From a virus (taxonomy: Duplodnaviria > Caudoviricetes), in the IMG/VR virus record IMGVR_UViG_3300037424_000710, positions 1-32,944 of that record: DNA of 32,944 bases; one strand, given 5' to 3'. The translations under genes were made by a program, and so were the position numbers. Each line of letters begins with the position of its first letter. Position 1 is the first letter of the stretch. The notes beneath the pieces were generated by a model. It ran no database searches, was not told where the DNA came from, and saw nothing but the letters and a program-made list of their open reading frames with translations. Positions 17,775 through 25,700 of this stretch are shown here, piece after piece.

Positions 17775-18056
17775 ATGGCCTATTTAGTTCTCAGTCAGGA
17801 CGAGCAAGACGACATCATCGTGCAGTTTCTTGGCGCACAGGAGCGCGATCAATTTTGTCATGCGCTCAATCAAACGCGATACGAGGCGATGGGCCCTGCT
17901 CTGCCTGACGGCGACTTCAAAACTCGCGTGCAAAATCTTTTGGAAACCACGATCAAGGCGAAAGCAGAGGTCGAGTCGATCATCGCCGAGACGACGAAAC
18001 AGTTGCCGGATCAAGCGCGCATTGACGCGGCGATAGCGCGAGTCAAGGGTAAATGA
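17775..18056 (+). CDS. Hypothetical helical protein, possible fibre chaperone/adapter
   Basis: 93 aa, GGAGG RBS, between the fibre and the propeller gene. Confidence 0.65.
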   Translation: MAYLVLSQDEQDDIIVQFLGAQERDQFCHALNQTRYEAMGPALPDGDFKTRVQNLLETTIKAKAEVESIIAETTKQLPDQARIDAAIARVKGK

Positions 18057-18059
18057 CCG

Positions 18060-19082
18060 ATGGCGACTGACATCGCGGTGGCACACGCCACGACTCCCTT
18101 TACTTCAGTCTATCCCTGGTCGAGTGGGTTTGGAACGAAGTATAGTGACCCGGCGACGCTGCCTGCGAGCACGGGCAACAACGTGGCATTCAGCCCTAGC
18201 GGTGCTGATATCGCCATTGCTCATACCACCACTCCAGCAGTATCTGCGTATCCTTGGAGCGCTGGATTCGGAACGAAGTATAGCAACCCGGCGACGGTGC
18301 CGGCAGGGAATGGCTTCGCCGTGGCGTTCTCACCCGACGGCGCAAACATCGCGGTAGCATGCTCCAATGATCCTAGGGTATCTGCGTATCCTTGGAGCGC
18401 TGGATTTGGAACGAAGTACAGTGACCCAGCGACCTTACCTGCGAGCACGGGGCGAGACGTGGCATTCTCTTCCGACGGCGCAAACATCGCGGTAGCACAC
18501 TCCACGAGTCCTTTTATGTCGGTCTACCCCTGGTCGAGTGGATTTGGAACGAAGTATAGCAACCCAGCGACCTTACCTGCGAGCACGGGGCGAGGCGTGG
18601 CGTTCTCACCCGACGACGCTGATATTGCGGTAGCACACTCCACGAGTCCCTTTACTTCAGTCTATCCCTGGTCGAGTGGATTTGGAACGAAGTACAGTGA
18701 CCCAGCGACCTTACCTGCGGGCACGGGCAACAACGTGGCATTCTCTTCCGACGGCGCAAACATCGCGGTGGCACACAACACGACTCCCTTTATTTCAGTC
18801 TATCCCTGGTCGAGTGGGTTTGGAACGAAGTATAGTGACCCAGCGACGGTGCCGACAGGGCATGGCTTCGGCGTGGCGTTCTCACCCGACGACGCTGACA
18901 TCGCGGTGGTACACCTCACGACTCCCTTTACTTCAGTCTACCCCTGGTCGAGTGGATTTGGAACGAAGTATAGCAACCCAGCGACCTTACCTGCGGGCGA
19001 TAGCACGGGCGTGGCTTGGTTCACGTCGGGCGGTGGTGGCAGTCCAGAAACCTTTGGCTTTTTCCGTCGGCGGATAGGATGA
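18060..19082 (+). CDS. Seven-bladed WD40-like beta-propeller of near-identical 46-aa repeats (putative receptor-binding protein)
   Basis: Unit D/N-IAVAH.T.PF.SVYPWSSGFGTKYS.PATLP..G..VAFSPDGA seven times; Gly linker and basic C-terminal tail ETFGFFRRRIG. Confidence 0.85.
   Translation: MATDIAVAHATTPFTSVYPWSSGFGTKYSDPATLPASTGNNVAFSPSGADIAIAHTTTPAVSAYPWSAGFGTKYSNPATVPAGNGFAVAFSPDGANIAVACSNDPRVSAYPWSAGFGTKYSDPATLPASTGRDVAFSSDGANIAVAHSTSPFMSVYPWSSGFGTKYSNPATLPASTGRGVAFSPDDADIAVAHSTSPFTSVYPWSSGFGTKYSDPATLPAGTGNNVAFSSDGANIAVAHNTTPFISVYPWSSGFGTKYSDPATVPTGHGFGVAFSPDDADIAVVHLTTPFTSVYPWSSGFGTKYSNPATLPAGDSTGVAWFTSGGGGSPETFGFFRRRIG
18069..19022 (+). repeat. Tandem array of seven 138-bp coding repeats
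   Basis: Units start at 18069, 18207, 18345, 18483, 18621, 18759 and 18897; invariant core GGAACGAAGTA. Confidence 0.95.
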
Positions 19083-19267
19083 GCAAGCCCGAAAACAGCG
19101 AATTTAATTTCGTCAAACTTGAGAGGAAGATCAAACACCAGATGCTCGACCTGTGGCACTTGGCGCAAGAAAAGAAATATAACGCCAAAAGGTGGGACGA
19201 GTTTCAATCGGATTTCGATTGGTACGTCAGCAACGTCAAGCGCTTATTGAAACTCGACAAACTGTGA
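19079..19267 (+). CDS. Hypothetical protein (62 aa, MSKPENSEF...)
   Basis: ATGA overlap with the propeller stop; chain of coupled small ORFs. Confidence 0.55.
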   Translation: MSKPENSEFNFVKLERKIKHQMLDLWHLAQEKKYNAKRWDEFQSDFDWYVSNVKRLLKLDKL

Positions 19268-19437
19268 AAGCCGAAGCCCGACTAATAGCGAAAATGATCG
19301 ATGCCATGGTGAGGCAGATGCAGAACAATCCCAAACTCGCTACCGCGACGATCGAGGAAGCGTGGGCCGAGTATGAAAAGAAACGAAACGTGACGCCGCT
19401 TCGCCCGCCTGGCATTCGTGGCAAAGACGAAAATTGA
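19264..19437 (+). CDS. Hypothetical protein (57 aa)
   Basis: GTGA overlap with the upstream ORF. Confidence 0.5.
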   Translation: MKAEARLIAKMIDAMVRQMQNNPKLATATIEEAWAEYEKKRNVTPLRPPGIRGKDEN

Positions 19438-19457
19438 ATAGATAGGAGAGAGGTCCA

Positions 19458-19646
19458 TTGAATGAAGAAGAATCAGAAAAAGACGCAAAAGTTCAGACGG
19501 AGAAACTGAGCCGACTTGCCTATCTCAAATCTCGCCTAGCAGCGTTATTCAAAGGTGAGGAAAAACACAACGGTGACATTTTTAAAGTGACCGAATGGTG
19601 GATACTTAAAAAGCGCTTACCTAAAAAAGAGGATGACAAAGAGTGA
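19458..19646 (+). CDS. Hypothetical protein (62 aa)
   Basis: GGAGAGAGG RBS, TTG start. Confidence 0.45.
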   Translation: MNEEESEKDAKVQTEKLSRLAYLKSRLAALFKGEEKHNGDIFKVTEWWILKKRLPKKEDDKE

Positions 19647-19855
19647 GACAGAGCGTTGGCATATTCGCTATCATCGCTTTACTCCAAGGCTTCGGCGCGG
19701 CCTTCGGCGTGATCGTCTGTGCGATAGTGGAAGGGGCGTACAAGATCAACGTGAGCAAGGAGTTGGCGGCGTCGGTGTCAACCGTTATCACCATACCGCT
19801 CGAATTGCTCTGTTATCTCTACGCGGCGAAAATGGGCTGGATCAAGATTGAATAG
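19643..19855 (+). CDS. Small two-TM membrane protein
   Basis: Two hydrophobic stretches; GTGA coupling. Confidence 0.55.
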   Translation: MRQSVGIFAIIALLQGFGAAFGVIVCAIVEGAYKINVSKELAASVSTVITIPLELLCYLYAAKMGWIKIE

Positions 19856-19858
19856 AGT

Positions 19859-20323
19859 ATGGACACGTTTTTAATCCTGTTGTTTTTATTTGCGCTGGCG
19901 ATTGCGATGACAATTGACTCGGCGCTGTTCATTCGTGTATTGATCCGGCGGGGAAGGCGCCAACACGGCTTCACCCTCATAGAACTCATGGTTGTCGTCA
20001 GTATCATCGGCCTACTCGCTGCCATCGCCGTGCCGCAATTCACCCAATATCGCAAGAAAGCGTTTGACGCAGCGGCCAAGTCGGACCTTAAAAATGCCGC
20101 TGTGACGCAGGAAGCTTTCTGGGGCGAGCACGGCAAGTACACGGACTCGATTGATGAGCTGAAAGCGGCCGGCGCAAAGGTATCTCAGGGCGTGGAAATG
20201 TCGGCGTCGGTGAACGGCGATGATTTTACCTTGACGGCGAAGGCTACGCCGTGCGCGCCGGGAACCGGGGAGTACACGTACTCGAATGTGACGGGGAGAG
20301 TTGAGGGGAAGGTGTGCAGATAA
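19859..20323 (+). CDS. pilA: Type IV (IVa) prepilin
   Basis: G/FTLIELMVVVSIIGLLAAIAVPQF N-methylation motif with E5; KAFDAAAKSDLKN resembles Geobacter PilA; C-terminal Cys pair; 37-aa leader. Confidence 0.9.
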   Translation: MDTFLILLFLFALAIAMTIDSALFIRVLIRRGRRQHGFTLIELMVVVSIIGLLAAIAVPQFTQYRKKAFDAAAKSDLKNAAVTQEAFWGEHGKYTDSIDELKAAGAKVSQGVEMSASVNGDDFTLTAKATPCAPGTGEYTYSNVTGRVEGKVCR

Positions 20324-20325
20324 AG

Positions 20326-20403
20326 ATGATTGTGTTCGCATTCTGCACAGCCTTGTTGTGGCTGGCGATATTGTTAATCACGTCGGGAGTATTCAGTAAA
20401 TGA
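20326..20403 (+). CDS. 25-aa single-TM micropeptide MIVFAFCTALLWLAILLITSGVFSK, not in the ORF track
   Basis: ATG 2 nt after the pilin stop; ATGA coupling to the next ORF. Confidence 0.4.
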   Translation: MIVFAFCTALLWLAILLITSGVFSK

Positions 20404-20525
20404 GTGGCGCGATCGGTTTTTTCGGCGGTGCGTTTAACTCGATGGTCGATCTTATGGGGAACGGGGTTTACGTCTGGGTGTTCGTGTTGGGCGTTGTCGC
20501 TATTTTGTTTTACTGTCGGAGGTAA
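20400..20525 (+). CDS. 41-aa membrane micropeptide MSGAIGFFGGAF...VAILFYCRR, not in the ORF track
   Basis: GGGAG RBS, TM helix with basic C-terminus, fills the gap before the next gene. Confidence 0.45.
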   Translation: MSGAIGFFGGAFNSMVDLMGNGVYVWVFVLGVVAILFYCRR

Positions 20526-20530
20526 AAATA

Positions 20531-21010
20531 ATGAGCTTATTTCTTAGACTACTTCACATCCTGCTCGGTATCGCGTTCGTGGTGTTGGGCTATTACGTGG
20601 TCATCTATGTGCTGGCGCTGCTCGGCATCGCCGTACCGGATCAAATTCTCAAGGTGATTTTTGTTATCCTTGGTTTAATGGCCGTGATCGGCGCGCTCAG
20701 CGGTAAGTTCGATAATTGGTGGCTGAAACCTTTGATCATAATCGTACCACTGCTCGCCCTCAGCGGCTGCGCGCAAATGTTCGCTTGCAAGACGGACGCC
20801 TCCTACATCGTGAGGCCCGACGGTACCAAGGAAGTGCAATATTCTTCTTGCAAAGAGCAGATCGGGCTAGACGCCAAGTTTGGCGACGTGCATGTTCAAG
20901 TCGATAAGTCGGGTACGCAGGAATCGGTAGTCGCTGCGTCGTTGCAGTTGCAAATTAAAATGCTGGAAATCCTTGGGCCGATCCTTCAGCAGAGCGCGAC
21001 TAAAAAATGA
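20531..21010 (+). CDS. Membrane protein: two TM helices followed by an internal lipoprotein-like signal (LSG/C); possible lysis accessory
   Basis: GGAGGT RBS; hydrophobic aa 1-56; KPLIIIVPLLALSGC lipobox. Confidence 0.65.
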   Translation: MSLFLRLLHILLGIAFVVLGYYVVIYVLALLGIAVPDQILKVIFVILGLMAVIGALSGKFDNWWLKPLIIIVPLLALSGCAQMFACKTDASYIVRPDGTKEVQYSSCKEQIGLDAKFGDVHVQVDKSGTQESVVAASLQLQIKMLEILGPILQQSATKK

Positions 21011-21044
21011 ACGTCATCAATCCCGATAGCCTTCAAGGATTAAA

Positions 21045-22793
21045 ATGGGCGACTTGCCACGCATACTAGCTAGGCCAGAACTCCCCGACGTGCAGTTGCC
21101 GCGGACCAATCCCAACGCCTACGGCGCGAGTTTCTTCGGCCAAGCTGCGCAGGCGGCCGCGATGTTCCAAAACATTGACGACGCGGCGGCCGAGGCAGAA
21201 GCGCGTAAGACGATCGCCGTCACGCGCGAACAAATCAAGGGAACCTTGGAGCAGAGCAACGACGATTACCAAGACCCGCAGGTCTATCACTCTACAGCGT
21301 CCGGCCAAGCTGAGGAGATTTATCAGCGTGCGCTGAAATCCACCAAGAGCGATAAGGCACGGGCGCTCATCGCCGATGGCCTGGCGCCGTTCCTGGTTGC
21401 TGCACAGTCGGACGTGAAACATGTCTATCGGGAAAAACAGCTCGATAAGGCCAAGGGCGATTCGATGCTGTATCTCGAAACCGTCCGTGGTGAACTGGCT
21501 CAAGCTTCCCGGCCGATGGATATTCAAAACAAGGAACTTGAGTTAGTGCAGCACATGCAGGACGCCACGCGCGCCGGACTCTACAAACCCGCCGAGGCCG
21601 TGAAGCTTGTACGAGATTTGAAGCACAACATCGAAAAGGACCGGGCGTATTTACGGGTTGATCGTGACCCCGAGGGGCTTATCGAAGACCTGAAAGACCC
21701 GAAGAGCTATTCGGTTTTTAGCGGGCCTGAGCGCAACGCGGTTAGAAACGCCGCTGAGTCGGTCATCAACGATCGCAAGCGGCTGTCTAAGGAAGCGCAG
21801 CAAGAGGTTGTCGACCAATTCAACACGCGGCTGCTTGAGCGCAGCGTTGCTGGGCAATTAAAGATAACCGATGTACTCGCCATTCCTGACAACGCTATGA
21901 CGTTTCAGTCGAAAAAGCTTTGGATCGATCGGCTTGAACGGCAAGCGAGGCACGATAAAGACACCGACCCATTTGAGAAATCAGACGGCGCTACGCGCGG
22001 GCGGGTCATGGCCGGCGTGCTAACCAATCCGCGCGAGTGGCCACAAGAAAAGATTCTCGGCTACATGGGTAACGGGTTATCGAATAATCACGCCTTGCAG
22101 CTCGTAAACATGCAAAAGGATTTGGTGAAAGATAAGGGCGGTGATGCCGCGCTCAAGAAATATGACCCGCTCAACCGTGCCTTGAATACGCTTGACGGGC
22201 TGCGCAGCTCTTACGCTTTCACTAAAGAAGGCCTGGACGAGAAGGTTACGGACGCCAAGGCAACCGCGGAATTGCGGCTTAAAAACGATCAGGAATATCA
22301 GAAGGTTGTTGATGAAGTGATCCGGCGCGCGCAGGGCGGGCAAGATCCGCGTGTAGCGATGCAGGAATTGATGAAGCCGTATTTTGAGCAAAAGACTAAG
22401 GGCTGGTTTGAATCCATATCGAACTGGTTTACTCAGCCGATGCAATCGACGGACAAGAAGCTTGGGCCGGCGCCGGCCAATGCGGCAACGGCTGACGTCA
22501 TACAGACGCCAAGTGGGCCGATCCGCATTGACAAGAACGTATCGCCACAAGAACGCGAAACGATCATTAAGAAGTTTGGCGGTGCACCGAGCACGCCAGC
22601 GCCGGCACTGAAAGCGGAAACCGGCGCGCAAATCGGCAGACTCAACCAGCTTGAGGAATCATCGCAGCGCTACAAAGCCCTTTTGCAAGCCGATCCCGAC
22701 GAAGCGGCGCGCGACTTTCTTACCCGCAACGGCAAGCTGGTCACGCCGGAAACCCTCGAAAAAACCAAGCAATATCTCAAGAACAGAAAGTAA
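21045..22793 (+). CDS. Internal virion/ejection protein (positional gp15 equivalent)
   Basis: 582 aa, helical and charged; directly before the giant protein; AAGGA RBS. Confidence 0.65.
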   Translation: MGDLPRILARPELPDVQLPRTNPNAYGASFFGQAAQAAAMFQNIDDAAAEAEARKTIAVTREQIKGTLEQSNDDYQDPQVYHSTASGQAEEIYQRALKSTKSDKARALIADGLAPFLVAAQSDVKHVYREKQLDKAKGDSMLYLETVRGELAQASRPMDIQNKELELVQHMQDATRAGLYKPAEAVKLVRDLKHNIEKDRAYLRVDRDPEGLIEDLKDPKSYSVFSGPERNAVRNAAESVINDRKRLSKEAQQEVVDQFNTRLLERSVAGQLKITDVLAIPDNAMTFQSKKLWIDRLERQARHDKDTDPFEKSDGATRGRVMAGVLTNPREWPQEKILGYMGNGLSNNHALQLVNMQKDLVKDKGGDAALKKYDPLNRALNTLDGLRSSYAFTKEGLDEKVTDAKATAELRLKNDQEYQKVVDEVIRRAQGGQDPRVAMQELMKPYFEQKTKGWFESISNWFTQPMQSTDKKLGPAPANAATADVIQTPSGPIRIDKNVSPQERETIIKKFGGAPSTPAPALKAETGAQIGRLNQLEESSQRYKALLQADPDEAARDFLTRNGKLVTPETLEKTKQYLKNRK

Positions 22794-25700
22794 ATGGCTG
22801 AATCCGAGCTTTGGGTTGATTTGAAAACTCTGGCGCCGCGCGAGGTGCCAGGGCGTGAAGATCCCGACAGCGGTTTTCTCTCGACAATCCCCGCGGCGGC
22901 CAAGCCTGAAGACAATCCCGATCAAGCGTTTTTATCTCAGCTCACCAATACCGCCGATCTGGTTTTCATCAATCCGGACAAGGTTGCCAGGTCGCGCGTC
23001 CTATCCTCTACGCTTAACATGCCGTTCGGCGCCGTCTATGACAACGTGGACGAGATTTCCAAGTCATTTGATGAGCGCGATCCGGGCTGGTTTAAGACTG
23101 CGGGCGATTCTTTTAAGTCTGGGATAGGGGATGTTTACGTTAATACGGCAAGGGCGATGGAGTGGGCGGGTGTGCCACAATTCATTACTGAAGCAAAGAT
23201 GCCGCTAACGTCACTCACGCTTTTACAAGTCGGTAAGCGTATCCAAGAAGCCTATATGCCGCCGATGACGCCCGAAGAATTCACTTTCGACAAGCTGATT
23301 GACCCGCGCTGGTGGGCAACTACACCTATGCGGTCGCTTCCGTCAATGTTGTCGCTTCTTCCGGCTGGATTAGTTGGCGCCTATGCCGGCGCTGGCGGCG
23401 CGGCGGCTCTCAGCTTTGGGACATTTGGCCGGGTTGTGCTGGGCTCACTGGGTGCCACGGCTTTAACCAGACCGATTGAGTCTGCTTTAGAAGCTGGCGG
23501 CACTAAAGAAGAAGCGATCAGGCAGGGATTAAGCGAAGATGTTGCCAACGAACGCGCGGGGTTTGTATTCAAACGCAATATGGCCCTCGGCGGTATGGAC
23601 TTGGCGCAGCTCGCTACGGCATTCACGCCGCTGCGCTTGGTGGGCGGCGCAGCCAACGCCACGCTCGCCCGGCGCATTATCTCGGCGGTCGGTAAGACCG
23701 GCGCCGTTGGCTTGATGGAAGCCGGGGAAGAGGCCTATCAGACCGGCATTCAACAGCTTGCCCGCGGCGAAAACATGGAATGGAACGCCGAGATGAAAGA
23801 GGGCGCGGCGCTCGGCGCTGTCTTTGGCGTCGGCATAGGCGTCGGCGGAAGCGTATTCACGACTCTTACCGGCCGGCTAGAAAATCACATGCCAGCCAAT
23901 CTCAAGGAAGAATTTCAGGCCAACGAGAACGCCGCGCGCGTGCTCGGGAAGAGCGATGAGGAAGCGAAACTCAGCGCGTTCGATAAGCTTGCCGACACAC
24001 CGGGCGGAAAAACGTTTATCGAAAAGGAAATGGGCGATCTTCAAAGCATTGCCGAGGGGAAAGAACTGCCGGCGCTCACTTCGAAAGATATGGAATCGGC
24101 AATCGAAACCATGGGCGAAGAGGAAGCTTTCACGCTGGGCGAGGAACAGGGCGAACCGGATATGCTCGCCGGCATCCTTACCGATGAAGACATTGCAGCG
24201 ATCGGCGAGGGCACGAGTACGTTTGAGCAAGCGCTAGGAATCGAGCCTGACATTGGCGAGATGGCGCTGGACACGCCGGAAGAGCTGACGCGCGAGGAGG
24301 AAAATTTGCGCGTCTTGCAGGAAGGCGCGGCGAAGCAGGGGAAAACGATTCCGATTATTGGGCCTACACCATCGCTATTGAGCGAGGCCGAGCGGGCGAT
24401 GAAGGCGCGGGCGTTTGTTGGGGGCAAGCCAGCCGGGGCGGAAAATGTCCTAATCTCCGAAGAATCATATCAAGCCGCGGTCGCATCTCTCAAAGAGAAA
24501 ACATCCGGCCTTCACGCCGGCATCGATCCAACGGCGCTCGCTGATTTGGTCAAGATCGGCGTTTACCACATTGAGCGCGGCCTAAGAACGTTTCCAAGCT
24601 GGTCAAAAAGACTATTGGAGGAGTACGGCGAACCGATTCGGGCGCGGCTCGAACAAATTTGGGAAGCGGCACAAGACGCCATTTCAACCCAGATTCAGGA
24701 AAAAGTTGACGCGATCCTATCGAAGAAGCAGCGCGCCACGCCACAAGCCGTCAACGCCGCGGCTGACGAGCATATCCGGGCCTTGATCGAAAGCGGCTCA
24801 GAGCTGGAATACCGCGGTAAAACTTACAGCGGCGCCGAGAAGCAAGGCCAAAACATTCTGCTCAAGGGCGATCCCGACAAGCTGGTTAAGGGTTCCAATG
24901 AAATCTTGCTGATTGAGGAAAGCATACCGTTCGACGTGCCGGGCGAGGATATTGCCTCACGAGCGTTGAGCAAGGTCGCCGAGCGGATTGTTGCTCAAGT
25001 GGAAGCCGTCGAAGGCGCTACCCAGCCGGCCAAGGATGTTAAAAAGCAGATTCGCCGCACGACCGGCCAAGAAATTGTCGTCAAGATGATCCGCGAGGAT
25101 GTCGCCCTACGCGCGGCATTTAAGAAAGCCGAGCAGAGCGCGCGGGTTGCCTACAAATCTGGCGGCAAGGATGCCATTGAAGCGGCCAAGGCGGAATTTC
25201 GTGACGTGCTGATGAAGGCCAAGGCCAAGGCCGAAGTATTCGGCTTCCGCGAGGGTTTCCGGGTATCGGAAAAGCTCACGCGCAAAGAATTTATCGAGGC
25301 GTTCAAAGAGAGCCAGGAAGTTACCAAGGCAACGCAGAAAATGATGATCGAGTATATCAACGAGAATCTACCGCCCGAGGTGCGCGGCAAGTTCTTGAAC
25401 GCGGTAGTAAGCCAGGTGAGCGAGTCCAAGGCGTTGAGCGTTTTCTCTCAGGTTGACGCGCTGCAAGACAAGCTCACCCGCCGGGAGCTGCTGAACGAAA
25501 TCAAAACTCTGCAAGAGTTCAAAGGCCAACATCTTGCCGTCGATTACCAGAAGAAAATTACCGACCTGCTGGGCGACATAAACACTAAGACGATCAACCG
25601 TAAAACCTTACTCAAGCTCTCGGGCCTCATCGACTTTGCCGAGGCTGAGGGGATGCCATCGGGCATCAACCGGACGATGCGCGCAAACCTGGCGCGGCTC

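Noticed and set aside
18069-19022. Repeat array as CRISPR
   Set aside because: Units are contiguous 138-bp in-frame coding repeats with no unique spacers and no cas genes
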